The notes under the pieces were generated by a model that was not told where the DNA came from, did not search any database, and saw nothing but the letters and a program-made list of their open reading frames with translations. Positions 1 to 11,566 of a stretch of 64,000 bases of DNA are shown here, piece after piece. Each line of letters starts with the position of its first letter. Position 1 is the stretch's first letter. The translations under genes were made by a program, and so were the position numbers. The DNA lies in assembly GCA_965116925.1 (NCBI GenBank), contig OZ220744.1:800001-864000 (forward strand), given 5' to 3'. This stretch comes from Candidatus Poribacteria bacterium. GTDB lineage: Bacteria > Poribacteria > WGA-4E > PCPOR2b.

Positions 1-28
1 ATCTTTCATCAGTGTTGTTCAACCCAAC

Positions 29-952
29 CTACGCACTCACTCGCAATGCTGTTTCTTCCTTCATCAACGCGTCCATCATAGCATGAACCCGTGGCAAATC
101 CGGTGCTGCCACATCTTCGGCAAAAGGAATGACCGGACCACCAGCCAATCCCACGTAATCCATGGCAGCGTGTAACGCCGAACCGCTATACCGTGCCCCA
201 TTTTCACCTCGAAAATCCTCGAACGGCACCATCATCGCACGGAGCCGTTCCGCTTCTGTCTTATCGCCGGCTGCGAACTTTTGATGCAGCGTCAGGCTCA
301 TTCGTGGCACGAAATTCGCCATGCCCGAACTGAAGCCCACCGCGCCGTGCGCCATATAGTCGATGCAGGGATCCTCTGCCATGCCACAGACCATCGCTGC
401 GCGATCTCCTGCCCGCTCTACGATTCGATCAAAGGCGTCTAAATCCTCCACCGCATACTTTAGGCCGACCACCTCGTCCAGTTCACAAAGATTGATTACG
501 TCGTCCACCGGCATGATGTCCAATCGTCGCTGATAAAGGACTGTGGGCAACTGTACTACCTTTGTAATTTCCCTGAATCCGTTGTAAACACCGTTGGCAG
601 AGGCGGGCCCCACCACCGGCATAATCATCACGCCAGCGACGCCGAGTGATCGGGCGATGTGTCCCATCTCTAAGGCTCTCCCGAATCCTGGGCCAATGCC
701 CGGCACAATATACGCCGCATCGCCAGCTTCGTCGAGATATGTGCCAACCACGGCTTCATACTCCTCTAACGTGGCATCGTAAACCATACCGGTGCCGCAC
801 TCCGGCATGATGAAGTCCACACCGTGCTGGATAAGGTAACGGACGTTTTTCCGTACACCTTCCAGATCCACCTGCCGGTCCTCCCGCCGAGGCGTAATAG
901 CAACCACCAAGACGTTCCGGCACGCTTCTCTATCCAAGCTCTGCTTACTCAT
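29..952 (-). CDS. Dihydrodipicolinate synthase family protein (KDG dehydratase-like)
   Basis: DHDPS-like motifs VAITP, CGTG, LYQR and VVGLKYA (Schiff-base Lys). Start set at MSKQ, just downstream of the previous gene's stop. Confidence 0.8.
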   Translation of the reverse strand: MSKQSLDREACRNVLVVAITPRREDRQVDLEGVRKNVRYLIQHGVDFIMPECGTGMVYDATLEEYEAVVGTYLDEAGDAAYIVPGIGPGFGRALEMGHIARSLGVAGVMIMPVVGPASANGVYNGFREITKVVQLPTVLYQRRLDIMPVDDVINLCELDEVVGLKYAVEDLDAFDRIVERAGDRAAMVCGMAEDPCIDYMAHGAVGFSSGMANFVPRMSLTLHQKFAAGDKTEAERLRAMMVPFEDFRGENGARYSGSALHAAMDYVGLAGGPVIPFAEDVAAPDLPRVHAMMDALMKEETALRVSA

Positions 953-953
953 T

Positions 954-1994
954 TTACGCTCCTTCCCGATATCTCGCCAATTTCTCCTGAAATGACTTCT
1001 TCTCAAGCACCTCGCGATTCACCACATTATCTGGGATCTCGCCCCGTGATACCTGAATCGCCTTCTGACAGTTTAGCCTGCCGATGTCTCGGTAGCACTC
1101 TTCCGTCAAAGCGATGGCGTGAGGAGACACGATGACGTTATCCAATTTTAACAACGGTTCATTCGGATCCACCGGTTCTTCTTCAAACACATCAATCCCC
1201 GCGGCCCGGATACGTTTTTCCTGCAAAACTTGGGTCAACACACGCTGATCAACGATGGGACCACGGGCGGTGTTGATAAAGAATGCTGTCGGCTTCATGA
1301 GTGCAAACTCTTTTTCACCAATCAATCCGTGCGTCTCATCGGTCAACGGACAGGTGACACACACGTAATCGGATTCGCGCATCACGGTGGGCAGATCGAC
1401 CACCTCCACGTTCAGAGATTTGGCGACCTCCGGCGAAACATACGGGTCAAACGTCAGGAATCGCATACCGAACGGCTGCAGCAAGCGGAACACTTCAGTG
1501 CCAATGTTGCCAAGTCCCACCGATCCGAGGGTGCGCCCGATGAGATCGACACCGGTTTCCAAACCTTCTCGCCAAGTTCCTGCGCGTGTTGCGTGGTCAT
1601 ACGCGAAAAAGTTCTTCGAGAGCGCGAACATCAGTCCAATAATACCTTCTGCCACGGGACGGCGCACGCCGCTTGGCGCGATAGCAATCATCACATCGGC
1701 TTCGGTCGCCGCTTGGAGATCGACGTTGTCGTAACCGACTCCGTGCCGTGCTATCAGCGTCAGTCGATCCACAGCCTCAAATGTCTCGCGGGGATACTTC
1801 CCTCCAAGCGCGATGAAGGCATCTAACCCGCCTATCTCATCCGGCGGCACATACGGACGCTCGGTTGCAATAAATGTGTATTCAATGTGTGGTTCATTGT
1901 CTAAGAGATCTAAACCGACATCCTTGAATCGAACTTTGCCGTCCTCTCCAAGGAAACCGGGGGTCAATCCGACACGGAATTTTTCCTGCGCCAT
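954..1994 (-). CDS. D-isomer-specific 2-hydroxyacid dehydrogenase (SerA-like)
   Basis: Motifs GVGYDNVD, GLGNIG, INTARG, DVFEEEP and SPH. Confidence 0.9.
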   Translation of the reverse strand: MAQEKFRVGLTPGFLGEDGKVRFKDVGLDLLDNEPHIEYTFIATERPYVPPDEIGGLDAFIALGGKYPRETFEAVDRLTLIARHGVGYDNVDLQAATEADVMIAIAPSGVRRPVAEGIIGLMFALSKNFFAYDHATRAGTWREGLETGVDLIGRTLGSVGLGNIGTEVFRLLQPFGMRFLTFDPYVSPEVAKSLNVEVVDLPTVMRESDYVCVTCPLTDETHGLIGEKEFALMKPTAFFINTARGPIVDQRVLTQVLQEKRIRAAGIDVFEEEPVDPNEPLLKLDNVIVSPHAIALTEECYRDIGRLNCQKAIQVSRGEIPDNVVNREVLEKKSFQEKLARYREGA

Positions 1995-2084
1995 AAAGTT
2001 CTCTCTTTCTATTTAGGGTAAGCGTATGTAACCAATGGTACGAGTTTACAATTGTTGATACGCTCTCTGGTCAAAGACCGAGAG

Positions 2085-2109
2085 TGAAACGTGATGCGTG
2101 AAACGTGAA
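2085..2109 (+). repeat. Heptamer tandem array (ACGTGAA/GCGTGAA/ACGTGAT type)
   Basis: gtgaaacgtgatgcgtgaaacgtgaa. The same array recurs near 8152, 19539, 20591 (reverse), 28723, 33828, 42587, 44935 and 46176. Confidence 0.8.
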
Positions 2110-2132
2110 GACTGGAAAACGGGATGAAATTA

Positions 2133-2225
2133 ACCACCGAGACGCAAAAAACGCAGAGAAAACATGTGTTCATTTATTCATTAATGAACCGGTGGATCGA
2201 AAAAAACTCTGTGCCTCTGCGGTTT
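2133..2225. repeat. Inverted pair of degenerate nonamer repeats
   Basis: aaccaccgagacgcaaaaaacgcagag ... ctctgtgcctctgcggtt form imperfect inverted arms. Confidence 0.45.
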
Positions 2226-2253
2226 CTAATTGTCTCGTTCTCTTGTTTTTTCA

Positions 2254-2637
2254 TCATTTCCATATCCCGTAGGCGAGTGCATGACCCAGCCATGCAGCAC
2301 CCAAGCCGAGCACCACATGCACAGCGACGTTGGCGAGGGCAGCAGCACTATCGCCAGACTGCCAGAGGTTCATGGTTTCATAGCTAAACGTCGAAAACGT
2401 TGTGAATCCGCCTAACAGTCCCATAAAAACAAATAAGCGAATCTCTGGGCTTAAAAATCCGCGCGTCCCAACCCATTGCGAAAGGAATCCGATGCCTAGG
2501 CAACCGATCAGATTGACTGCCAATGTTCCGTAGGGAAATCCGGTGCCTTTCACCAGATATTGGACATACTCGCTTAAGAGGTATCGCCCGATTGAGCCAA
2601 GGAAGCCTCCGAATCCGACCCAGAGTATTTTCCCCAC
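2254..2637 (-). CDS. crcB: Fluoride channel Fluc/CrcB
   Basis: GGFLGSIGRY, FPYGTLAVN and GLLGGFTTFSTF; 127 aa, about 4 TM segments. Confidence 0.95.
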   Translation of the reverse strand: MGKILWVGFGGFLGSIGRYLLSEYVQYLVKGTGFPYGTLAVNLIGCLGIGFLSQWVGTRGFLSPEIRLFVFMGLLGGFTTFSTFSYETMNLWQSGDSAAALANVAVHVVLGLGAAWLGHALAYGIWK

Positions 2638-2673
2638 GCTGATGAACTCCCTTCTTCCCCTGTAGGTTGGAGT

Positions 2674-3993
<1,320 letters not shown>

Positions 3994-4002
3994 TTATTAC
4001 GC

Positions 4003-4791
4003 TTATTCACCCCAAAGTTCACTATTATCAGTCAGAATCTCCGGACCGTCAGAAAGAATAACAACGGTATGCTCGAAAAGCGCGGAGAGGCTGCGATCCG
4101 TAGTAACGGCAGTCCAGCCATCATCAAGTATACGCGCTTCGGAGTTACCCACGTTGACCATCGCCTCAATGGCAAGTGTCATACCTGTCATCAATCGTAC
4201 ACCCCTACCCGCGTCCCCATAAGTGGGAACTTGAGGCTCTTCGTGAAGCTGCCGCCCAATCCCGTGCCCGGAGAAATCCCGAACCACAGCGAATCCGTGC
4301 GATTCGGCACCGTCTTGCAGTGCAAAACAGACATCACCCAATCGGTTGCCGACCTTTGCAGCCTCAATGGCACGATAGAGGGAGGCTCTTGTGGCATCAA
4401 GCAGCTTTTGGGCTTCGGGTGCGATTGCCCCAACGGGAAAGGTGAAAGCGTTATCGCCGTGATAGCCGTCCAAAAAGATTGCCGTATCAATCCCAACGAT
4501 ATCTCCCTCATTGAGCAATACATCCTTGCTTGGAATACCGTGAACAATCTGCTCGTTGAGTGACACACAGATTGTCGCCGGGTAAGGGGCATGTCCCGGA
4601 AACTGATAGCCGAGAAATGATGAGATTCCACCCAACTCTTTGATGGTTTGACGTGAGATCTGATCTAATTCGTAGGTCGAAACGCCGGGTTTCACTGCCT
4701 CTCCGATTCGCTGCAATATGGTTGATGCAGCTTTACCGCTGCGTCTCATCGCTTCGATTTCGGATCGGGATTTGATTCTAACTTTTGTCAT
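4003..4791 (-). CDS. map: Type I methionine aminopeptidase
   Basis: SLNEQIVHGIP, GHGIGRQLHEEP and LFEHT. Confidence 0.97.
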   Translation of the reverse strand: MTKVRIKSRSEIEAMRRSGKAASTILQRIGEAVKPGVSTYELDQISRQTIKELGGISSFLGYQFPGHAPYPATICVSLNEQIVHGIPSKDVLLNEGDIVGIDTAIFLDGYHGDNAFTFPVGAIAPEAQKLLDATRASLYRAIEAAKVGNRLGDVCFALQDGAESHGFAVVRDFSGHGIGRQLHEEPQVPTYGDAGRGVRLMTGMTLAIEAMVNVGNSEARILDDGWTAVTTDRSLSALFEHTVVILSDGPEILTDNSELWGE

Positions 4792-4830
4792 GGTTCGTGA
4801 TTCGTGATTCGTGATGTGTAAAGAAGCCCT

Positions 4831-5556
4831 TTACGTATTACGGATTATTTTTGTATCACTAATAATTTTTATGAGAGCGGATTGGGCGGTGTCTGCTGCG
4901 CCCGGAATGTCCCACCGGTCGAGTTGGCGATCTTCGACCAGATTGCTGATGCCACGTACCTCCAAGAATGGAACGTCGTATAATGTACAAATATGGGCGG
5001 CGGCGGCACCTTCCATGTTTTCACATAGCGCATTGAAGCGAGCGTGGAGGGCATCCCCGACCGCTTGAACACCGCTGCATTGCGAAACGGTTACAAATGG
5101 GCCGCACGTCCCTCCGCAAATCTCAATAGCGGTTGAAACGAGTTGCGAATCCAACGGGAAACGATTGAAGTGAGGTGGGTCGCCGTGTACCAAGGGGATG
5201 CCGATTTCGTCCGCCGGTTTCCAACCTTCAGGTGTCACCACGCCGACATCACCGTAAACCTCCTCCGTCGCTAGCACAACAGATCGGATTGGCAAACCGG
5301 TCGGCACATAAGCTCCGCCGATTCCAAATTGGATGACTAAGTCGGGCAGTTGTTCCTCAAGTTGACATGTCAGCGCGTGTGCTGCGTTGACAGAGCCGAT
5401 ACCGGTGTGAATCAGTGTGCATCGCCAGCCACATAAATTTCCGACGATCGCCGTTTTGCCGGCGTGTTGGGTGGTTTTGGCTTCTGCAAGAGCACTTTGA
5501 ATAGCACCGGATTCAAGCTCTGTTGCACTAATCAGTAGTAGATTCGGCTGAGCCAT
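4831..5556 (-). CDS. mqnB: Futalosine hydrolase (PNP/MTAN fold)
   Basis: TGIGSVNAA, GIGGAY, TVSQCSG, ENMEGAA and RGISNLVEDR..W. Confidence 0.8.
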   Translation of the reverse strand: MAQPNLLLISATELESGAIQSALAEAKTTQHAGKTAIVGNLCGWRCTLIHTGIGSVNAAHALTCQLEEQLPDLVIQFGIGGAYVPTGLPIRSVVLATEEVYGDVGVVTPEGWKPADEIGIPLVHGDPPHFNRFPLDSQLVSTAIEICGGTCGPFVTVSQCSGVQAVGDALHARFNALCENMEGAAAAHICTLYDVPFLEVRGISNLVEDRQLDRWDIPGAADTAQSALIKIISDTKIIRNT

Positions 5557-5591
5557 CTAGTTCATCCTCAATAACATAATCCGTTACAATT

Positions 5592-5750
5592 TATAGTAGA
5601 TTTCAGAATTAATGAGACACGCCAAACCGGTGATGACTCACTCTTACTATACAGATTGCGCTCCGCTGGAGCGCGGGGATTGGACATGTCGCCTTCTATA
5701 GACATATCGCTCCTCTGGAGCGAAAGTCATTTATAGTAGATTTCAGAATT
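5592..5750 (+). repeat. Repeat cluster: two partial left ends of family A around a family B REP-like pair
   Basis: tatagtagatttcagaatt at 5592 and 5732; hairpins gctccgctggagcg and gctcctctggagcg within about 5647-5723. Confidence 0.75.
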
Positions 5751-5851
5751 ATAGTAGATTTTAGAATTAATGGAACACGCCAAATCGGTGCGGTTACAAA
5801 CCGCACCTACCGGGTGGCGCAAGTGTTTCTTTATTTTTTGAATTCACTATA
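5750..5851 (+). mobile_element. MITE family A (variant copy)
   Basis: Imperfect terminal inverted repeats tatagtagattttagaattaat / ttattttttgaattcactata; internal hairpin ending in CTAC. Confidence 0.75.
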
Positions 5852-5854
5852 TTT

Positions 5855-7255
5855 CTATGGCGCAGGGAACATCGATCCAATCAACGTATGCGCTGTCACA
5901 GACTCGACTTTCACACGCACGAGATCACCGACTTGTGAACTCTCCTTCGGAAACACGGTTGTTTTGAAACCATCGGTCTTTCCTTGGTATCTGTCCGGAT
6001 CCCGCCGCGATTCGCCTTCGACCAAAACTTCTACGGTTTCACCGATCAGTCCCCGATTGATTTCGTGGGAGATACCCTCTTGTAACGCAATAATCTCCTG
6101 CAAACGGTGTCCTTTTTCCTCCTCGCTCACATCGTCGTCAAGCGTTTTGTGAGCAAGTGTTCCCTCGCGGGACGAATACTTGAACATGAACGCCGAGTCA
6201 TATCGAATTTCAGCCATCATATTGTACGTTTCCATAAAGTCAACCTCTGTTTCTCCGCAGAAACCGACAATCACATCTGTTGAGATTGAAAGATTCGGGA
6301 TGCGCTCCCGCATTTTGGCGACAAGCTCTCGGTATTCCTCCGCTGTGTACGTGCGCCGCATCGCTTTCAGTACCTTCGTTGAACCGGATTGCAACGGCAG
6401 ATGGATATAGTTGCAGACGTTATCGCAGCTCGCCATCGCTTCGATTAGGGCATCGGTCGCATCGCTTGGATGTGGCGAAGTAAAGCGTATCCGCTCGATT
6501 CCTTCAACTTCACTCATCGCAAATAGAAGCTCTCCAAAATTGTGTGTCCCATCGTTATACGAGTTCACTGTCTGACCGAGGAGGACGACCTCTTTGAAGC
6601 CTTCATCGACAAGCCGTTTCACATCATCAATCAGTAGGTGCGTCGGAATACTTCGCTCGCGTCCACGGACAAATGGCACGATGCAGAAGGTACACATCTT
6701 GTCGCATCCACGTTGGATGGTCAGCCACGCCCGGATGCCATCCTTCCTAATGGGAGCGATGTCCGCATAATCCTCATCTCTGTCTAGCTTCAAGCCGAGG
6801 AACGGGTCACCTGTCGTCACGGAATTGATTGCCATCGGTAGATTCCGGTAGGCATCGGGTCCCAATACGAAATCCACATACGGTGCGGCATCGATCAGCT
6901 TTGTCTTCATGTGTTGTGCCATGCAACCACACACACCGAGCACCAGATCCGATTGTCTCCGTTTTCGATGATGCAGATGGACAAGACGATTGAGCACCTT
7001 CTCTTCGGCATTTTCGCGGATGGCGCAGGTGTTGAGAAGCACAACGTTGGCATCTTCGAGTCGATTCACCATTTCGTAGCCATTTTGGGTCAAGATGCCC
7101 GACATCAACTCGCTGTCACTCACATTCATCTGGCAGCCGTAGGTTTCGATATAGACCCGTCGATCACCCTGTGCTTGTTGGGTGATATGAGGTTCCAACG
7201 TTGGGGCTGCTTTGTATAATGGTAATTGTGTTTTGGTTGGAATTTTCGGATTCAT
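5855..7255 (-). CDS. miaB: tRNA-i6A37 methylthiotransferase
   Basis: TYGCQMN, NTCAIRE, GCDKMCTFC and a C-terminal TRAM domain. Confidence 0.97.
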   Translation of the reverse strand: MNPKIPTKTQLPLYKAAPTLEPHITQQAQGDRRVYIETYGCQMNVSDSELMSGILTQNGYEMVNRLEDANVVLLNTCAIRENAEEKVLNRLVHLHHRKRRQSDLVLGVCGCMAQHMKTKLIDAAPYVDFVLGPDAYRNLPMAINSVTTGDPFLGLKLDRDEDYADIAPIRKDGIRAWLTIQRGCDKMCTFCIVPFVRGRERSIPTHLLIDDVKRLVDEGFKEVVLLGQTVNSYNDGTHNFGELLFAMSEVEGIERIRFTSPHPSDATDALIEAMASCDNVCNYIHLPLQSGSTKVLKAMRRTYTAEEYRELVAKMRERIPNLSISTDVIVGFCGETEVDFMETYNMMAEIRYDSAFMFKYSSREGTLAHKTLDDDVSEEEKGHRLQEIIALQEGISHEINRGLIGETVEVLVEGESRRDPDRYQGKTDGFKTTVFPKESSQVGDLVRVKVESVTAHTLIGSMFPAP

Positions 7256-7313
7256 TGTCTTTTCAACCTTTGTTGAATTATTCTTTCGTCGTTCAAAATC
7301 TTTGAGGACAGGA

Positions 7314-8138
7314 TTATGAAAACCAGAGGTTCATCGCAGTTTCGCCCAAAATAGCAGCCTTTTCCGAATCGGATAACCCCAAATGTTCCTGAAAAATTGC
7401 GAGATGCTGTTGGTACGTTACCTTCGGAATCCAGAGCGATGTCGGGAAATCGCTGCCCCATATACATCTTTCTGGTGTGTAAGCGTCGATGACCTGCCTG
7501 ACTCCATCGGACATATCGCCGCAGGGAAATTCTTCGTCAGATCCGGTGACAAGAAATGAGAGTTTAGCGTATAGATTCTCGAATTCTGCAAGTCCCAGGA
7601 CGGTTCTAAGATTGTCAGAATCGGGGAAATCACCGGCACTCAGATTGGCGCAGTGATCTAGAACAACGGGAACGTCCGGATACGCTTTAAGCAAATTTGC
7701 CAATGAACGACAGTTGGGCGTATTAAGTAAGGCACAGAGCACCACGTCTAACCGCTGTGCTGCTTCCCATAGCCGCCGATGTTCCGGGAGGACAGCATCA
7801 TCCGTGGGCCAGCTGGCGGAAACCCGATTGCCGCGGACACCTATTGTGAGTGCTTCCTCCATTAGACTGACCGATCCATCGTCAAAGGGATCGAGGTTCA
7901 AAACGCCGGTTGTCCATTCTTGATTGTCCCGCACGGTATCCATCGTGAGTCGGTTATCGTGTTGGTACACAGTGAAGGTTTGGACAACGACAACGCGATC
8001 GATATTGTTCGTCTTAACCTCATTTTTCAGATCTGCTATTGTCCCCCGACCGGACGGTGGCAGAAAGGGTTCAGGGCTTTGCGGGTACGTTTCGGTATCT
8101 TCGGAATAGATATGTGCGTGTGTATCAACGATAGCCAT
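7314..8138 (-). CDS. Amidohydrolase family protein (L-fuconolactonase-like)
   Basis: DTHAH, VLDH, YAKLS and WGSDFP. Confidence 0.85.
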   Translation of the reverse strand: MAIVDTHAHIYSEDTETYPQSPEPFLPPSGRGTIADLKNEVKTNNIDRVVVVQTFTVYQHDNRLTMDTVRDNQEWTTGVLNLDPFDDGSVSLMEEALTIGVRGNRVSASWPTDDAVLPEHRRLWEAAQRLDVVLCALLNTPNCRSLANLLKAYPDVPVVLDHCANLSAGDFPDSDNLRTVLGLAEFENLYAKLSFLVTGSDEEFPCGDMSDGVRQVIDAYTPERCIWGSDFPTSLWIPKVTYQQHLAIFQEHLGLSDSEKAAILGETAMNLWFS

Positions 8139-8240
8139 TAATACTCTCCTTAACGTAAAACGTGAAACGTGATGCGTGAAATATCAAACGTGGGTTCAAG
8201 GGGTGAGTCACTCCGAGAGTGAAATGAATGAATACATTCG

Positions 8241-9506
8241 TTATTTTTGAGCATCTATTTCTTCTCTTCCATCATCACGCATCTCTATATTTTGGTACTG
8301 TTTTGTCAAGTTCAACACGATCCCAGACCAGAGGATTGCCATTATCATTGCGGTTATAGAATATGCTGCCCCCGGAATTGCCATAGCAAAGCCGATCACG
8401 GTAATTACGCCGGCACTGCCGCCTTTAGCAAATCGGTAACCGAAGGAGTCGATGACCTGTTTCGCTCGATAGCGGGCATCAAACGACAAAGGGATATAGA
8501 GAATCTCTTTCGCAGCTCGGAAAAGTGAGTAGTCCAATGCCTTGAAAAGCAAGAATGCGGTCGCACCGCTCCGTAGGGAAGGTGCTATCGTCAGGGCTGC
8601 ACCGGCAATCAGATGAACCAGCGGAATACCCGGATGCAAAACACGAATCGGTATAAATCGTAACACAACCCCCGCACAGAGTTGCAAAACAAAGGCGGAG
8701 ATGCCAAGCCACTGCCCATAAAATCGCCCATAGAAGGCGGTTCGCATATCTTTGTCAGGGATGTCGGTTTCGACTAATCCATTAAATCGTAGGTCTAGCA
8801 CCGTCGAAACAACTTGTGTTGTTAAGATGAGCAGAAACAGGAAAACGAGATAACGGGAACGTGCAAGTACCTTCAATCCTGTGTGTCCCTGTTGTCCCCC
8901 GTGCTCCATGGATGCGGGTTGCGGTTCACCGGCGGCAGCATAAGCGAACATCGCGAACAGTGCAGCGGGCAGCAATGAACCTGCGGCAAATAGCAGCAAC
9001 ACCTCAGTACCCAAAGATGGAGCGAGATGTGCAACAAGCGAGCCGCCGGTAACTGAGCCGATTGTCGCAATTGCACAGAAGGGACCGTTGATCCAACGCG
9101 CCTGTTTAGGGGTTAATGTACTATTGACAAGCGACCAATACTGTTCGATAATCAATACGATGTATGCTTCACGGAAAACGTAAATCACCGCTGTCGCAAT
9201 AGGGTAACCCATCAGAATGAAGTTGTAGCAGCTTGCAATCAGTCCCGCCGACAAAATTGATGTCAACAATAACGCCCGTTTTGCGCCCAGCCATGACAAT
9301 AGCCTGCCGTAGAGATAGAGCAGCAAGAAGACACTCGGCGGCACCGCTACCATCACGCGAGGCAAATTTCTAGCGCCGTACGCCTCAATGAACAAGGAAG
9401 TTGATACCGCCCGAATAAACTCGTACCCACACAGTAAAAAGCTGCCTGCCACGGCAATCGAAAGTGCTGCGAGAAGTGTTCGCTTGGGGAAAGTCTGTGT
9501 TATCAC
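8241..9506 (-). CDS. Npt1/Npt2 (TLC ATP/ADP translocase)-like nucleotide transporter
   Basis: About 12 TM segments; KALDYSLFRAAKEILYIPL..RYRAKQVID..YRFAKG resembles the conserved TLC C-terminal motif. Confidence 0.7.
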   Translation of the reverse strand: MITQTFPKRTLLAALSIAVAGSFLLCGYEFIRAVSTSLFIEAYGARNLPRVMVAVPPSVFLLLYLYGRLLSWLGAKRALLLTSILSAGLIASCYNFILMGYPIATAVIYVFREAYIVLIIEQYWSLVNSTLTPKQARWINGPFCAIATIGSVTGGSLVAHLAPSLGTEVLLLFAAGSLLPAALFAMFAYAAAGEPQPASMEHGGQQGHTGLKVLARSRYLVFLFLLILTTQVVSTVLDLRFNGLVETDIPDKDMRTAFYGRFYGQWLGISAFVLQLCAGVVLRFIPIRVLHPGIPLVHLIAGAALTIAPSLRSGATAFLLFKALDYSLFRAAKEILYIPLSFDARYRAKQVIDSFGYRFAKGGSAGVITVIGFAMAIPGAAYSITAMIMAILWSGIVLNLTKQYQNIEMRDDGREEIDAQK

Positions 9507-9549
9507 TATGTCAACTCCAAATTTTTCCGCGATGAGTTCCTGCTATAGT

Positions 9550-11484
9550 TTATAGCCCCGAATCTTGTTCTACCGTTTGGGCACGTCTATGCACCTCCTC
9601 AAACCGGATGTTGGCAAGGCAGCCAAAAAGTAGATGTCTCGATAGGCGAGTCTGCGTTAATCGTGGAGAGGTAATACCACACGCAAATCGGGCTAATGCC
9701 CGGGCATCGTCGATCGGCTCCTCCTGATCTTGCCAGACACCAAGGAGCTGCTCCCAAAGTCCTTCATCAATTGTCCCCGGTTCCGCGGGTAGAAGCCTCG
9801 CAGGTTGATGACCATTCAAACACCAAGCACAATGTCCACAGAGACGAGAAAGTTTTTCACCAAAGTGGGCAGCTAGGTGCGCCACTTGACACCCGTCGTG
9901 CGATCCTAACTTGATAACTTGACCAATCCGTTCAACCTCACGTCTCTCAAGTTCAAGTGCGTTTTGAAACAGCACATCGGTTAGCCGATCGAGGTTGTCG
10001 GGCCGCCGAAGGATCGAAAAGCGATTGCGAACCCCTTCGGCTCTCACTTCCAACAGTCCCTGCTCGGCGAGGTAGTCCAATGCCCTCACTATTCGATCTC
10101 GGGGGCAATCAATCGCTTCTGCTGCTTCATCAAGATCAATGTGAAACCAAGTCTTGGCTTTGTGAGCTTGTTTGAAAACTGCTATCAGGAATTGGCGACG
10201 TTCATCTTCAAACCTCGATAAAATTTCGGACGATGAGACAAGTGGCTGAAATTGGTAACGGCTGTAAAATGGGGTCAGTTCCTGTAGATAACCATTAAGT
10301 TCCATTTGCACTAACAATGTCCGTGCCACTAATTGACGAATGTCATGATGTCTCGACAGTTCATAAAGACTAAGGTCGAACTGACCGGAAAAGGAAAAAA
10401 TCTCCTTGACTAAATCCCGGATTGCGTTTCGGCTTGGTGTGTCTCCATAGGCAAAATTCTCAAGTGTGCAAACATCATCCAAGCAGACAAACATCTCACA
10501 GATCGAAATCTCCCCGTCCCGCCCGGCACGCCCAATCTCCTGCGAAAAATTCTCAAGACTCTTCGGCAGATTATAGTGGTAGATATAACGGATGTTTGAC
10601 TTGTCGATTCCCATGCCGAAAGCAATAGTTGCCACTACGATCCCGTCGTCCGAGCCCATGAACCAATCTTGCACTTCAGTCCGTTGCTCATCTTTCATCC
10701 CTGCGTGATAGGCGCGTGCCGGTAGACCTGCCGAGGCGAGATACGCTGCTACTTCTTCGGACGTTTTTTGTAGTGTGACATAGACGATTGTGGGTCCCAC
10801 GGGATGCCTCTGCAGCCTTTCTAGCAAAACCCCATCACGGTCAGCAGCGGTGATAGGCGTTGTCAACATTGTGAGATTCTTTCGGTAAAAACCTGTCCGA
10901 ATTACGCATTCGCCGGGTATACCGAATCCCTCACAGATGTCTTCAGCCACCTTGGGAGCCGCTGTCGCCGTCAATGCAAACAACCGCTCTGCACGACATG
11001 CCCGCGCCAAACGAGCGAGTTTCAGGTAATCCGGTCGAAAGTTGTGCCCCCACTCCGAGATACAGTGTGCCTCGTCAACAGCGAACATTGATACCTTCGT
11101 GTGCATAAGTGTTTGCAAAAAGCGTTCATTGCTAAATCGCTCTGGTGCTACATACAGGAGACGCAACTCCCCAGATCTCAGACCTAACATGACAGCCCGA
11201 GTCTCATCGGCCGACAGCGTTGAATCGAGCCGCTCGGCTGGAACACCACGGCTTTTGAGGACATCGATCTGATTTTTCATCAACGCAATCAACGGCGAAA
11301 TAACAATTGTTACGCCCTCGAAGGTAAGCGCAGGCAATTGGTAGCAGAGCGATTTCCCTCCACCTGTTGGAAAAATCGCCAATGCCGAACGTCCAGCAAG
11401 CAGATGTTCGATGACTTCTGCTTGCCCCGGCAGAAATTGGTCAAAGCCAAATGTCTCGGAGAGCAGCTGTTGAGCCCGTTTCAT
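9550..11484 (-). CDS. recQ: RecQ family ATP-dependent DNA helicase
   Basis: PTGGGKSLCYQ, VDEAHCISEWGHNFRPDY, QEIGRAGRDG and CGHCAWC. Confidence 0.93.
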   Translation of the reverse strand: MKRAQQLLSETFGFDQFLPGQAEVIEHLLAGRSALAIFPTGGGKSLCYQLPALTFEGVTIVISPLIALMKNQIDVLKSRGVPAERLDSTLSADETRAVMLGLRSGELRLLYVAPERFSNERFLQTLMHTKVSMFAVDEAHCISEWGHNFRPDYLKLARLARACRAERLFALTATAAPKVAEDICEGFGIPGECVIRTGFYRKNLTMLTTPITAADRDGVLLERLQRHPVGPTIVYVTLQKTSEEVAAYLASAGLPARAYHAGMKDEQRTEVQDWFMGSDDGIVVATIAFGMGIDKSNIRYIYHYNLPKSLENFSQEIGRAGRDGEISICEMFVCLDDVCTLENFAYGDTPSRNAIRDLVKEIFSFSGQFDLSLYELSRHHDIRQLVARTLLVQMELNGYLQELTPFYSRYQFQPLVSSSEILSRFEDERRQFLIAVFKQAHKAKTWFHIDLDEAAEAIDCPRDRIVRALDYLAEQGLLEVRAEGVRNRFSILRRPDNLDRLTDVLFQNALELERREVERIGQVIKLGSHDGCQVAHLAAHFGEKLSRLCGHCAWCLNGHQPARLLPAEPGTIDEGLWEQLLGVWQDQEEPIDDARALARFACGITSPRLTQTRLSRHLLFGCLANIRFEEVHRRAQTVEQDSGL

Positions 11485-11566
11485 GCGATATTATTCCTTT
11501 CTTCTCAACCCGTCGGGAAAGGGAATTTCGCCCCTACCAATGACCGAAACCGAATGATGACTCCCC

